Origin: Eledone cirrhosa
Taxonomy: Eukaryota
Direction: 5' to 3'
Length of the DNA: 64,000 nt
NCBI GenBank assembly: GCA_964016885.1
Contig: OZ024743.1
Coordinates: 203,546,001-203,610,000 of the forward strand
The notes beneath the pieces were generated by a model. It was not told the DNA's origin and did no database searches. It saw only the letters and a list, made by a program, of their open reading frames with translations. Below are positions 1 through 14,459 of this stretch, in pieces; the stretch's first letter is position 1; every line of letters begins with the position of its first letter. The translations under genes were made by a program, and so were the position numbers.

Positions 1-356
1 ATGAATTAGTTTTGCGAGGTTTTTCATATTAAATCGTGTGTCGAAACAAATATTGTTATACTTGGGGAGGGTCATATTTGTTTCAGAATTAATAACAGAA
101 CACACTCACAGTTTTCGCTTCTGTGTCTTTTATATCGGTTAATTTAATTTATTCGGTCCTCAATGTTACCATTGACTGACCAACGATCAAAAATACAGAT
201 ATAATATAGTCACAAACACATATATATAGTCTATATATAGTCTATAGACTATATATATGTGTTTGCAGATTGGAGCAGTCGACGAAGTGCGCAGGTTGGT
301 TTGGTTACTCCGGAGTAATGTAAAATAAAATAAAATAAATAAGTCAAATGTTTATG

Positions 357-411
357 ACTGCTATATATATTTCGGTGACAGCCATCTTTGGCTGTGACCT
401 CTTCAGGCAGT
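357..411 (-). ncRNA. Type I hammerhead ribozyme (PLE pLTR, inverted copy)
   Basis: Minus strand: actgc CTGAAGA ggtcacagcc-aaagat-ggctgtcacc GAAA tatata TA gcagt. Confidence 0.85.
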
Positions 412-1330
412 CCGAATTAGTGTGGGAGAGACGAGTACACATGTTGTTGAGGTGTATAACTTTGTCAATACTCTGATATGCCCAGTTCCTGGTTGGGTTG
501 TTATTTCACTGAGGAACTGGAATCATATGAATTTAAACCGACGAATTTCAGTGTCAAAGGGCCCCTTCTCCTGTCATTGGTCAGTTGTTAGAACATTCCT
601 CAGTCAAAAGTCTATAGAAATTCGTTCTGAGGCAAGCCAATCTGTAGTTGTTGTTCTTGTTATTGTTATGAACATCTGACCTCTATTCTTATGTTGGTAG
701 TGGTGTTGTTGTTGGAGTCAGCTCAAAAAAGGTGATAAAGTGGTAGAAGGAATAAGATGGTAAAGGAACAAAATAAAATAATCAAATAAAATGTGTGTGT
801 GTATGTTATACCCATCTCAATGTTATAAAGATTTGTATGGTCAAACTTCCCATTGGTCAGTTTTGAGAGCATTCCTCAGTCCAAAGTCTATAGAAATTCT
901 TTTTGGGGTGAAGCTCCCTGTTGTGTTTGTGTTTGCTATTGTTAAGTACATCTGACCTCTACCCTTATTTTGGTAGTGCTGTTGGTGTTGTTGTCAGCTT
1001 ATGTCTTGCTGCTGCTGACAATTTAGAAGTATCTGTGTGTGTGTTTCTTCATCCCTTCTGCCACCATCTCCCGTGGTGGTGGTGGTGGTTGGGGGGGGGG
1101 GGGGTCTGCCATGTATATGAAGAAATAGATGGCAATAAAATGAAATGAAATGAAGAAAACAGAAAATAAATAATAAATAGAGAATAAATGAAAAATTAAT
1201 GAAAAAGTAATGAAAAAATGAAGAATGAATATGGAAAATAAAAGATGAAGATGGGAAGTGCCTGGGTGAAGACCACCATGTAACACCGAACGGGAACCAC
1301 AATTTAGGCACGCAGAGGTCGATCACCCTC

Positions 1331-1726
1331 TGCAACTGCAGAAACCCCGAATCATGCCCCCTTGGTAATGAATGTCTTAAAACCCCCAACTCCGAACACC
1401 TCTACATAGGAGCCACATCAACGAGCTTTAAAGACTGCTGGTATAACGATCGCCATTCCTTCAATAAGGAGGCCAAAAGGAAAAGTACGGCTCTCTCCGA
1501 CCTGATCTGGAAGCTTAAGCTGGACAGTACCCCGTACTCTCTGGCCTGGTCCATAATCAGGAAAGTACCACCCGATAAAGGGGTATCTTGCATATGCAAA
1601 CTATGTCGGAACGAGACGCTCGAGATACTAAGAGGTGGAAGCGGCCTGCTAAACCTCAGAACCGTCTTCTTCGGGACATGCAGACACCTCAGGGCCGGGA
1701 CCTTCCTCAAGATATATGGACAGTAG
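1331..1726 (+). pseudogene. PLE GIY-YIG endonuclease fragment
   Basis: Manual translation CNCRNPESCPLGNECLKTPNSEHLYIGATSTSFKDCWYNDRHSF...STALSDLIWKLK...CKLCRNE...LLN...CRH parallels the PLE ORFs at 45100-45544 and 59018-59428; the GIY segment is deleted. Confidence 0.85.
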
Positions 1727-3080
1727 CAACACAATAAGATGTGAACTCCCTTCTAGCTATAGGTACTTCTCCAGCACATGTAGACACCTCTCGGCCAGAC
1801 CTCCCTCGAGCTATATGTGCAGTAACAACACCATAGGTCGGGAATTCCCCTCAACCCATAGGGACCAACCCAGGCTGAGCAGACACCATGATAGCCTAGA
1901 GATTGATTCTGACACAGCCTTTATAATTTGGCCAACATCTTTATAACACACACACATTTTAATTTACTTGATTTTTGATTTTTCATTTTTGATTTCTCAT
2001 TATTCATTTGTTATTTGTTTTCTGTTTTCTTCACTTTATCACCTTATATTTATATTTAAGTTGAGATTGGTTATAACACACACATTTTATTTGATTATCC
2101 TATTTCGTTTTATTCTTTTACCATCTTGTTCCTCCTACCACTCTATCCAACATATTTCTGACCTTGAGATTGATTATAGCACACACACATTTTATCTTAT
2201 TTTATTTGAATCTTCATTTTTATTTTTTACTTCTCATCTTCATTTTCCATTTTCCATATTCATTCTTCATTACATTTTCATTAATTTTCATTAATTTTTC
2301 ATTTATTCTCTCTTTATTATTTATTTTCTGTTTTCTTCATTTCATTTCATTTTATTGCTTTCTATTTCTTCATATACATGGCAGAACACCCCCACCACCC
2401 ACCCACCCCCACCCCACCACCCACCCACACACGCACACACCACCACCACGACCACCACGGGAGATGGTGGCAGGGGCGATGAAGAAACACACAAACAGAT
2501 ACTTCTAAATTGTCAGCAGCAGCAAGACATAAGCTGACCACAACACCAACAGCACTACCAAAATAAGGGTAGAGGTCAGATGTACTTAACAATAGCAAAC
2601 ACAAACACAGCTTCACCCAAGAAAGACTTTGGACTGAGGAGTGCTCTCAAAACTGACCAATGGGAAATTTGACCTTACAAATCTTTATAACATTGAGATA
2701 TTTTATTCGATTATTTTATTTTATTTTGTTCCTTTACCATCTTATTCCTTCTACCACTTTATCACCTTTTTTTTGAGCTGACTCCAACAACAACACCACT
2801 ACCAACATAAGAATAGAGGTCAGATGTACCTAACAAGAACAACAACTACAGATTGGCTTCCTCAGAACGAATTTCTATAGACTTTTGACTGAGGAATGTT
2901 CTAACAACTGACCAATGAGAGGAGAAGAGGCCCTTTGACTCTGAAATTCGTTTGTTTAAATTCATATGATTCCAGTTCCTCAGTGAAATAACAACCCAAC
3001 CAGGAACTGGGCATATCAGAGTATTGACAAAGTTATACATCTCAACAACATGTGTACTCGTCTCTACCACACTAATTCGG

Positions 3081-3135
3081 ACTGCCTGAAGAGGTCATAG
3101 CCAAAGATGGCTGTCACCGAAATATATATAGCAGT
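3081..3135 (+). ncRNA. Type I hammerhead ribozyme (PLE pLTR)
   Basis: actgc CTGAAGA ggtcatagcc-aaagat-ggctgtcacc GAAA tatata TA gcagt; stem I actgc/gcagt; palindromic helix III. Confidence 0.88.
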
Positions 3136-3190
3136 AATAAACGAAGCCAAATTTTAAACATTTGACTTATATATTTTATTTTATTTTACA

Positions 3191-3197
3191 TATATAC

Positions 3198-3234
<37 letters not shown>

Positions 3235-3284
3235 CATATGTATATACATATTTATATATACATATATATATATATATATATACA

Positions 3285-3333
<49 letters not shown>

Positions 3334-3353
3334 ATATATAAATATGTATATAC

Positions 3354-3412
<59 letters not shown>

Positions 3413-3588
3413 TATAAATATATATGTATATATATATGTATATATATATATATATATATATTTGTATATATATATATACAAATATATATATATATATATA
3501 TACATATATATTTATATATACATATATATATATATACATATATATATACATATATATATATACATATATATACATATATATATAAACA

Positions 3589-3624
<36 letters not shown>

Positions 3625-3815
3625 GACATATATATACATTTATATATACATATACATACACATATATATATATATATATATATACATATATACATATACA
3701 TATATACATATATATATATATATACATATAAACATATATATATATACATATATATAGATACATATATATATATATACATAAATATATATATATATATATA
3801 TACACTTATATATAC

Positions 3816-3846
<31 letters not shown>

Positions 3847-3852
3847 CATATC

Positions 3853-3888
<36 letters not shown>

Positions 3889-3897
3889 CATATATAT
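3191..3897. repeat. (TA)n/(TACA)n microsatellite
   Basis: Direct inspection. Confidence 0.97.
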
Positions 3898-4025
3898 ATG
3901 TATGAATGTATATATAGTGTATTTTGCAATAGACTTTATTAAAAGCATTTCGAAGACCTTACGCTATTGTTTTAGAGTAGTGACAGTCTCACTTACTCTA
4001 AATTTTCAGCAAACATGGTAGATAA

Positions 4026-4070
4026 AGCTGACAAAGCTCTGTTTCGTACTGATTGGTACTTATCAAAACT
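4026..4070 (-). ncRNA. Type I hammerhead ribozyme, U3-A8 core variant
   Basis: Minus strand: agtt TTGATAA gtac-caatca-gtac GAAA cagagctttg TC agct. Confidence 0.7.
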
Positions 4071-4504
4071 AAGTACTCCACCTGTTTGCTGAAAATCATG
4101 AATGTTTTATTCTTATAGAATTCTAGTAATAATCAGGAACTGATTATACAGAGCAGTTGCCGGTCAAGCATAAATTTAAAATTAGAATTGGTGCTCTGAA
4201 ATAGCGATATATATATGAATGTATATATAGCGTATTTTGCAATACACTGTATGCTTAATTAAAAACATTTCGAAGACCTTCCGCTATTGTTTTAGAGTAG
4301 TGACAGTCTCACTTACTTTAAATTTTCAGCAAACAGGGGAGATAAAGCTGACAGAGCTCTGTTTCGTACTGATTGGTACATATCAATTGGTACTTATAAA
4401 TTTCTGCTTGACCGGCAACCGCTCTGTATAATCAGTTCCTGATTATTACTAGAATTCTCTAAGAATAAAACATTCATGATTTTCAGCAAACAGGCGGAGT
4501 ACTT

Positions 4505-4549
4505 GGTTTTGATAAGTACCAATCAGTACGAAACAGAGCTCTGTCAGAT
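4505..4549 (+). ncRNA. Type I hammerhead ribozyme, U3-A8 core variant (stem I weakened)
   Basis: ggtt TTGATAA gtac-caatca-gtac GAAA cagagctctg TC agat. Confidence 0.65.
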
Positions 4550-4711
4550 TTATCTCCCTTGTTTGCCGAAAATGTAAAGTAAGTGAGACTGTCACTACTC
4601 TAAAACAATAGCGTAAGTTCTTCGAAATGCTTTTAATTAAGCATACAGTGTATTGCAAAATACACTATATATACATTCATATATATATCGCTATTTCAGC
4701 GCACCAATTCG

Positions 4712-5285
<574 letters not shown>

Positions 5286-5699
5286 GTGGTAATGAGAGGG
5301 ATCCATTTATATAAGTACGCACACGCAACCTCCCATGTTCAAATGTCTACGTGAACTGGCACCAAATTTCTTATTTTAATTTTTCCTATTTGAACAAGAT
5401 TCAAACATTAATTCAGGTCATTGAGATTTCTTTACTTTTAATTGAATTCTGTATTTTTAATTCTTTGTGTAATTCCCTTGCACCTGCGCTTTTGTCTTTC
5501 GTTTGACAATAAATATCATTTATTGTCCAACTGATTCTTCCGAAGTTACCTTGGTAACAATTTTATCATCAGATGGCCAATGTAATTCTTTTTTTGCATC
5601 TTACAAAATGTAAAAAGTAAGATTTTACAATTAAACAACAGCCTTTAGTCTTTGTCGAAGATTTGAGATATTAGTTATCTCATTTAATTGCTAAATATC

Positions 5700-7055
5700 T
5701 TTAATTGGCTATTGTTCAAAAGGCTACTTCGTGTTTTATTATTAAGACGCCAAAACTGAGATTAAGAATAACAAAATAAATAGACCAAAGTTTAATTTGC
5801 TTTTATTCGCCTGCCAGATTTCATATGAAGCTAAGAAACTTAGCTTAGTTGCTGATGCGTTATCTTTATTACCAATTATACAACTAACAAATAACATTGT
5901 AAAACTAAAGCTGAATTATATTCAACAAATTTGTTGAACGAATTTTAATTGTTATGTTATCAGTATTTCTGAAATAGGATACTTTTAACAAATTCTGTTA
6001 AATGTATTCTAAAACAGTTTTGCTTTAATTATGGATTTTCAGGCCAGAAACTATTACAATATTTGGAAAAATTCTATGTAATATAATATGATGTATATGA
6101 CATATGTGCAACATTTTGGCATTTTTTGAAACTCTTCAACAGTTTAAGAATCCAGTTTTTCCGTCTTCTCTATTGGGTGGAGAAATCCATTGATAGCTAA
6201 CATTTCCTCCTAGCAAATTATAATATATATGTTTGTTTCTATTCATAAATACAGTCATTATGTTCCGCTTTTCCATGTGATAATCGTAATTTTGAAATTG
6301 GTATTATCTATCAGACATGTGTATTTTCATGATACAGTTATTGATTTTATATTCATTCAGCTCGTGTGGATTCTTCTACTGGAAACAATTTCAAAACATA
6401 TACTTTAGATTAAATTATACATCAAATCTGGTCAACATCGTGTAACAGTACCAGCAAAATACAATATGGAAGGTTCAATAATATGATACGGAAAATGACC
6501 AGATTGTTTCTTGAAACGAGAAATCTTTCAAGCGTTTGTTTTGAAGACAGGGGGCGAAGTTTGAAATTAGTAGAAATTGAAGCTTTCGCAGTATTTTTGA
6601 CCAAAGAGATTTATCCTGATAGTGGGGTTATTTCTACTAAATTTTAAATTATTATATTAGTAATGAGACCATTAATAATTTTAGTAAATCCTTCAAAATT
6701 CTTTATTAATTAATTTAAATAAAGTGTATTTCTTTAGGAATACGGTCGCGAAAGGGTTAATGCGAAAGGGTTAATTGATGAGGCATTCATAAAATTAAAT
6801 ATCTCCTTTGCCAGTCAACTAGGAAACATCTGTTCCATGTTTATTAGATTTCAAAGACGATTCAATAATCCTATCAATGTATCTCCTTGGCTTCGTGACT
6901 CAAGACCTGTTTATGTTGCAAAATTTATTAAAAATTGCAGGAATGAATCTCTAGTTACTGAGGTTAATTTTGTTAATGCTAATGCAGGATACGTTATCAT
7001 TTAATTATTCCACGGTGGAGAAACACTCATGGGATCATTTCATCTAGCACCATAT
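5700..7055 (+). pseudogene. Highly decayed Gypsy/Ty3 LTR-retrotransposon pol (RNase H end to integrase)
   Basis: Broken frames give IKNNKINRPKFNLLLFACQISYEAKKLSLVADALS (RNase H end), IHSAR and YGRFNNMIRK (integrase core), and SPWLRDSRPVYVAKFIKNCRNESLVTEVNFVNANAGY...HLAP (integrase C-terminus as seen in invertebrate Gypsy elements). Confidence 0.65.
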
Positions 7056-7940
7056 CTGACAATTTAAAACGCTTCAGCAGAATATAATATAATATCTGAT
7101 AATGTATTAAGTTGAAGAATTTGGCATGATTCTGCAGAAACTGGTGTCAGTGAAGCCTAGAAATATATGAAGTAAGTTTCATTGCTTCATTCTGACAATA
7201 TAGGAATTTGGTAGTGTAAGTGATTTCTAATTTAGACATAAGAAATTTGTTGGGTGGCGAAAGACGACTATATTGACCACAGTGCTTTGATAAAATAAAC
7301 AGTACTTTGATAAGATAAACATTGATACCCACTCAATTTCTTTCGCTATAATGTAAAGCAGCAATAGAGAGATGACTAATATTGAAGAGTTCATTAGATT
7401 AAAATGATCGGAACTTTGCCCGCACAGTACAAAATGCGTCCTCCACTTCTGGCATCAATGTAACCAGACACCCTCGAAACACCATGAGCGTCCCACCAGG
7501 CAACTACAGGATACCTGCTATACCAACGCACGTTGGTCACCCATTGTAATCAGCTGGATATTGAGTGAAAAGTCAAATTCGCAACAAAGTTCCATATCAA
7601 ACAAAAAGCAAAAGTATTCCCCATAAAAGAATACTATCAAGAGTTTCTCATGTACAATAGAATTTTTCTTTTTAAAAAATATTTCTCTCAGTGATTCAGC
7701 ACCAGAAGTAAGCGTGACCCTGAGGCTGAAGGTTGAAGGTGCATGCGAGAGAAATGTTCTACGATTAACCGGATACCATCATGAAATTCTGGGTACCGAC
7801 GAAAGCAAGCTTATGTGCCATGTATCTTAATTAACATGAAATAATTAACATGAAATATATTTACATAGCGAGAGCTAATTCTTTTCTAATTAAAATGTAT
7901 ACTCAGATAACGATATATATAAATATACATACAGACGTGT

Positions 7941-7997
<57 letters not shown>

Positions 7998-8739
7998 GAA
8001 AGAAAAAAGGGGGCCAGAAAGGAAAGAGAAATGAGGGGTGGATGAAGTGAAAGAATCTCTAGAATAATAGATTATAAGGGAATGGTAGTATAATAAATAA
8101 ATAAGAATGCGACAAATAGGTAGTGTTGATGGTCAGGTGAAGAGACTTAGTCTCAAATGGTGATGAAACTTATGATGGTGATGATTACATACATACATAC
8201 ATAGCGTATAAAGGTGCGTAAATGTGTATATAAATTTGTACAAATCTAGTATATAGACAGGGCAAATATACACATTTCCACAAGGAAATGCGTAACCGAG
8301 CGTCTTATGTATTCTAAATCTTATAGTAATATCCTGAAATTGACGTACTAATTTACATATGTTTAAAGCTTGTTTTGGTAGTTAATTAAGGTATATATTA
8401 AGCTGCGGATGTATATGATAAACTAAAAGGTAACTGAGACTGCATGATAGCCACAGTCCGGAAAGTAGTTCTATGACATAGATGCGATAATAACCAGAGA
8501 CTGACAGATAGTTATGTAAATTAGATAAATAGATAAGTTTCTATTTATTACCACGAGGGCACAAGAGAAGGGGACAAATACAAAGGAGGGGGGAGGGCGA
8601 CTTTACACAAAAGAACGAGTAAAAAACAAATAACAAATATAAAATTAACAATAAAGTCCTCAATAGGGAGGAGGCGTTTTGGGGGGTCGCACACACCCCC
8701 GAAAAAGTGTGCAACCCTTCTCCTCGGGAGCACAGAAAG

Positions 8740-11700
8740 AGTGCTCCCTTGTTCTTTCATCTTTTTCACCTGCAGGCTGATATAGATAGAAGGCCCATTC
8801 ACACGGGCCATTCTCGCCACTTTCACCCACCTTTCATAAAACTGGCTGGGGTAGAGCACATCTCTCTCCACCCTGATCCTTCTTCCGAAATGATATCGGA
8901 AGAAAAGGACCAGTTGTTGGCCGGAGAGAAAGGTGTCCGACCTTAGCCCTTTCAAACGCGTCCACCATACCTCTTTCACCATGGCTATTACGCACAGAAA
9001 CACCCCATCTCCTTCATTTTTGAAGGTGGAGGCGGCTTGATCGTTATAATGGACTCGGTAGTCAACCGGATTGGTCCAACCCGTGACAGCAGTCGTAGGC
9101 CCACAGATCGGCGACGCCCGAGCAGTGTACCACTGCATGCGCGACGGTTTACTCGTCGCGCACGCATCTGGGACAGATCTTTTTCGTGAGGGTTCCTACC
9201 AGGGCGCCCGTGTCTGTAGAGCTTTTTCTCGAACGGGCAGAGCCCTTCGGTAGCACTGCCAGGCCAGGGACCTCTGGAAATTGTCCATAGGTCCCGGGCT
9301 GAATGTCCTACCGAACAGGCTAGCCAGTTCGTCTTCCTCCATGCCTAGGGCTTCTCCGAGGGCGTAGTCGCACCAGCCCTCTATAGAATGTCAAGTGGGA
9401 GCCTCCACTGATAGGCCGGTCCGCCTGCCAGAAAGCCGTGAGCGCCTGGGCACACTCGGTGTGCCAGGCGCCTAGTTTTCTCGGTCTTTTCTTGACCCAG
9501 GATTACAGCTCGGTGAGTGAGACGAGTCACGGAAAGGTTCGTCTCACAAACGGGGCCCACACTGGTTGACCGGTGAGGAATACCTGGAGGTGCCGTAGCC
9601 TTAATGCGTGTTTACGCACCAGCAGCCACGGCATCCCCTCCTTTTGAAGGGTGTTGACAGAAGATGGATTTCCTCACCAAAGGAGACCGCTTCTTCCAAA
9701 GGAATTGGAAGAGTCCGCGCTTCATTTTGGTGAGCGTTTCCCTTGGGCAAAGCACGACGGTCAGGCGGTGGTAGATGACTGACGCTATATAAGTGTTCGC
9801 CACCTCCGTCCGAACTTTCAGGGATAGTTTCACTCGGTCCACTTCTGGGGCAGTCCAAACACCCTGTTCGGTACGTCACCCCAGTTCTTCTCCAATTGGA
9901 GGTCTGGTTTGAACCAGACGCCGAACAACTTCACCGGGCCCTCCGTCCAGCGTCCGACGACGCCATCGGGGGGCATCTGTTTTCCCCTCCACGTGCCGAG
10001 TTGCAAACCAATCGACTTGTCCCGGTTTACCAAACCCCCTGTAAACCTTTCGTACTCCTCCAGTAAGGTGCCGATCGCCCCCATTTCTGAGGTGGTCGAC
10101 ACCATTACTGTTACGTCATCGGCGTAAGCCGACACCGCTTTCCGCAATCCCGGTTCCAAAGGGATGCCCTGCAACAACTCCAACTTCCGCAGCAGTGCCT
10201 CAAGGGCCAATACATACAGAAGGGTGGATAGACCGCGTGATTTCGAACGGCTTCGAGAGGTAGCCGTTCATCTTAACTCTAGAGCAGATGCGGCTGCTGT
10301 GCATGACAGTGATCCAGCCCCTGAAAACGGGTCCGAAACCTGCCGCCGCTAGCACCGCATCCAGGTAACCATGGTCGATTCTATCGAACGCCTTACATTG
10401 ATCCAAGTTGATCAGGGCCTCACCAATGCCGGGTTCGTTCCCAACCCTCTTTATGATGTATCGCATGAGGTAGAGGTTTTCGTGGATGGACCTGGACGGG
10501 ATAGCAGATGTCTGCACATCTCCCACCAGGTTGCCCACGACAAGCGCCAATCTCTTTGCTAACACCTTGGCCAAAATCTGCATTTAGCAGAGTTATGGGC
10601 CTGAAATTACATATTTCGCCCCCCTTGTTCTCGTTTTTCCTCACTAGCGAGACAAGCCCTTGGTCACAGAACAGGGAATTCTCCCGTACTGTTGCCAGTT
10701 GCAGTAGACCGCCTCGAGGAGATCGGAGAACAAGTCCGGCATAGCTAGATATAGTTCGTATGGAAGACCATCGAGACCCGGGGATTTGCGTTTGCCGCAT
10801 TGGCTCAGCAGGTCCCCTATTTCAGCAGCTGAAATCGGCCATTCGCAGGACGTCGCCTCCTCGGCCGAAAGACGTGGCAGGCCGTCGAGGTATAGACCGA
10901 AGTCTACATCCCCATCCGGCGCCCCGCCCCTCCCGAACAATCGGACAAAGTGCCTTTGAAAGGCCTCACACATCTGCTTAGGTTCAAGGATCACCCGTCC
11001 ATCCTGGTCTCGCAAAGACCGGATAGTGGATCTAATCCCACTTTTGGCTTCTGTCACGCGGGCCCAGCTAACAGCTTTGGTCCCCTCGTTTCCTAGAGCA
11101 CGTATTTTGCTTCGGACAACGCAGCATTCGTGTTTCGCGTCAAAGAACTGGCCAAGGCCGTTCTCGACGCTAGCACTCTGGCCACGTCGCCGCTTCTAAT
11201 TGCCTCTACTACACTATCTACCAACTCCCTTTCCTATTTCTATCTGAGACTAGCTCCTTACTAAATCCTTTTGAAACTACTCTAATCTCTCTTTTGAGAG
11301 ATCCCGACCACCTGCTGTTGACGATCGCTCCCGTCAACCGCTCCTTAACTAAAGTACTAATCCCGTCCCTGTACACTTTACTTGCCGGTAAGGACAAGTT
11401 CAGTTTCCAGTAACCGGGTCCCTGTCTATGGGTTCTATCAACGTTGACTATGCAGGTCACTAATTTGTGATCCGAATAGCCAACCATGAGCATCTCTGGA
11501 CATCTTAAAAGGTCCCTATCCTTATTTCTAACTAGGACCCTATCTAGGTACGACCTAGATGATCCGCTGTGGTTTGCCCAAGTCCAGGTTGGCGCGGTCG
11601 GATAATCTAGTCGATATCTATCGGCCAAGTCAAATCGGCCGATTAACCCCTTGAGGCTGTTACACCCCCCTCCATCGAGACATGCCCCTACATTGTCCCA

Positions 11701-12147
11701 ACATGAATCCAGGATACCATTCCAGTCCCCCACTAAAAGCAAGGAGTGGGACGTCCCCAGAAAAGTCTCTAGACGTTGGAAGAAGTTCGGCCGCGCTGAC
11801 CCAAAAGCGGGGTAGGCGGCGACCAGCCTAAAAGCTCCACCTTCACCACTGCCAACGTCTAAGACCACCAGTCGACCCTCCGGGTCCAGGTTTACCGTCT
11901 GTGTGGCGAGACCCAAATGTTTTTGAAGCAGAACGACAACCCCACCCCCACCTCCGGGCTGACAGAGAGATGCGAGCATCTCAAAGTCATCAACGGTGGG
12001 GTATAGTTGGCGCACGCTGCTGATCCGGGTCTCGCAAATAACCATCACATTTATACCGCGTGACCTGAGGTCATTTAGCAGCTTAGCTTGCTTCCAATCT
12101 GCGCCCAGGCCACGCGTATTCAGGCAACCCACTCTCAACACTGCCAT
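8740..12147 (-). pseudogene. Tx1 ORF2 (APE endonuclease, reverse transcriptase), frameshifted
   Basis: CLNTRGL, ICETR, GDWN, SYLDRVLV, SDHKLV, GPGYWKLN (APE); KSPGLDGLPYE, FRPITLLN, LDQCKAFDRIDH, AYADDVT (RT). Confidence 0.92.
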
Positions 12148-12707
12148 GTTGGCGGCGTGGGGAAGAAAAAAGAAAACACACCTACCTCTCTACGTCCCGG
12201 GATCCGGGCCGCTCAACATCCACGGGGGGGGGGGGGGGGGGGGCATTAGAGTAAGGTGGGGTTGGGGTATTTGGAGTTGTGTGGGCATCTAAGGAGGGGG
12301 GTGGGTGACCTTTTAAGAGCACGCGGTTAAACGGTTTGTTACAGGGGGGGCACGTCCTCTTTATAAATGTTTTTTAAAGTTTGATAAAGGTTCATGGGGA
12401 CCTTTATCATTTTGAGGTGTGGAGAGTCATCCACTGTCTTAAAATTTGGCCCTTCGGTTTGCACCGAAGGATTGCTGTTTATTATATTGAGCAGTTTTTT
12501 GTTTTGGTTGTTGATGTAAGTGTACTGTAATGTTTTTTTTTCTGTGACGCTGTTAGTGTTGTGTAATGGGGAGGGGTGCTTTGTGTTGTGTTGGTTTCTT
12601 CTGTGTGTGTGATTGGTTTCTGTTAGGGATATGTTTCCTTTTTTTTCCTTTTTACTGGTCGGAACGGCTCTCCTTCATCTTCTCTATGCTCCGATGTAAG
12701 GAAGTTT

Positions 12708-13928
12708 TCATCCGTGTTCGGGGGTAGGGGGATTTTTGTGGTAGTGTTGTGTTGGTGTGTGTATTTGTGCTTGTTTTCTGTGTGTGTGTGTGGGGGGGGG
12801 GGGGGGGGCGGTGACTGTGATTTGTTTCGTGGTCTTTTGTTTTTGTTGTTGTTGCGGTGGTGGTGATGGAGGTGTTGTTGTTGGTTTTTGTTGTCGTTGT
12901 GGTGGTGGTGGTGGTGTATTTTGTTGTTTTTGTGGTGGTGGTGTTCGTTGTTTTTGTTGTTGTGGTGTTTTTAGCAGTGGTTTTTTTGAAGAAGGCAGGC
13001 AGTCCTCAGGTGACCTCTGCCAACACAGTGGTAACATGAGGGCCTTCTGCCTTCCACCGTAATATTAATGAAAGTTCGACCATCCAGTAGTACTCGGTCG
13101 GGTATTCCGGCGATTGTCTCTGGTGTCATCTGTATGAGAACCTCCAGACTTTTTCCCCCGAACAGTCCACTTGTGGACTCACCTGTGATACTAGAATGTC
13201 CTTTTCTAGGACCGTAAATCCTGTCAGGACGGACCAGATGTCTACTTCTGGCGTTGAGCTCCACATTCTTAATCTTTGCGTTCTTCTTCCCATATATGTG
13301 GAGAAGAAGGTGTATTGTGGTGACACTATAGGTGCCACCGAGCAGTTTCGAGCCACCATTTCGTCCTTCATTCGGACCATAATGCTGGCATAAAGCTTTC
13401 CTCTTTCAATAAAGAGTATGACCTTTATAATGTCTTTCAAGACCAGCTCATTTGACTTTCTGTCAATTGGGGTGGTTTTCTTGTTGCGTTGGATATAGTC
13501 CTGAAAGTTATAGTATTCCTATATGCCTGTTGACGTACTTCTTCTGGGAGTTTATCGTAAAAGAACCATCCTCCCCAAAAGATACGTATTTTCTGGCATT
13601 TAATAAGTTTTGCTTAGCGTTAGTAATGTCTATGGGTGTGTATTCGATCGTTTCTTTTTACTGTTTGGGCAAAAGAAATGTTGCTGTTTTTGTTGTTTTC
13701 GTTTCGTTCATTGTTGTTTGTTGTTGCAATGTTGCTGGTTTTATTAATTCCATTTGTTGTGGTATTTTTTTCCATGTTATCCTTTTCAAAATTTGGGTTT
13801 TCACTCAAATTAACAGACTTTTTCACAGTGTTTTTTTCATTCGAGAGGAGGGGTAGTTCAACAGCTTCTTTTGGTGGGCGTGGCGTTAGTTTGCTATATG
13901 GCTTCATCGTTTTTAACGATATTAACAA
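12708..13928 (-). pseudogene. Tx1 ORF1 (nucleic-acid-binding, zinc knuckle), frameshifted
   Basis: ORF pieces 13620-13928, 13126-13440, 12971-13264 (VEGRRPSCYHCVGRGHLRTAC) and 12708-13037 (Pro/Thr/Gln-rich tail). Confidence 0.8.
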
Positions 13929-14459
13929 ACATTTTAAATTAAAGATTTTTCACCCCAAAAGGGACGAAAATATATTTACCCAACATCTAGAGTCCCAGGC
14001 GAGGGGTTAGAGTCAACAATAATAACAAAATTCAAATAACACACTCACAAATAACAAAGTAGTAATCCAAAATCGAAGAGCGGATGTGAAAGACGTCCAC
14101 TATCAACGATAGATAGATAGATAGATAGATTAGTGGATGGACTGACGGAATGGCTGGTAGACGTATAGGTAGTTTGATAGACGAACCAACGGACGGATCG
14201 ATCTATTTATAGATAGATTTTATAAACGCATATAGCCCCACAGAGGCATCAGATAAATAGACAGACATATATACAGACAGACGTCAGACACCGACAGGCA
14301 GACAAACATACAAACAGACAACAGACAAATACACAGACATCAGACAGATATACACAGACAGACTTTCATCAAATAAACATACATACAGTCATTCATGCAA
14401 GCAGACATAAGACAGAAAGATATACATACAACAAACATCAACATTCAGACATAAAGGCA

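Larger units (their letters stand above)
319..3190 (+). mobile_element. 5'-truncated Penelope-like element (Naiad-type): GIY-YIG C-terminus plus 3' pseudo-LTR, preceded by an inverted copy of the pseudo-LTR
   Basis: 319-1259 is the reverse complement of about 2229-3190. The centre encodes a PLE endonuclease fragment. There is an HHR near each outer end, and the 3' end runs into (TA)n. Confidence 0.85.
8537..14107 (-). mobile_element. Near full-length, decayed Tx1/L1-clade non-LTR retrotransposon
   Basis: ORF1 remnants with a CCHC knuckle, then ORF2 with APE, RT and a C-terminal Zn motif; GATA-type repeats on both flanks. Confidence 0.92.

Noticed and set aside
91-170. Possible minus-strand HHR (ggtaaca TTGAGGA ... 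GAAA ac..gt TC tgttatt)
   Set aside because: Stem II does not pair and the core has an uncompensated U3-G8.
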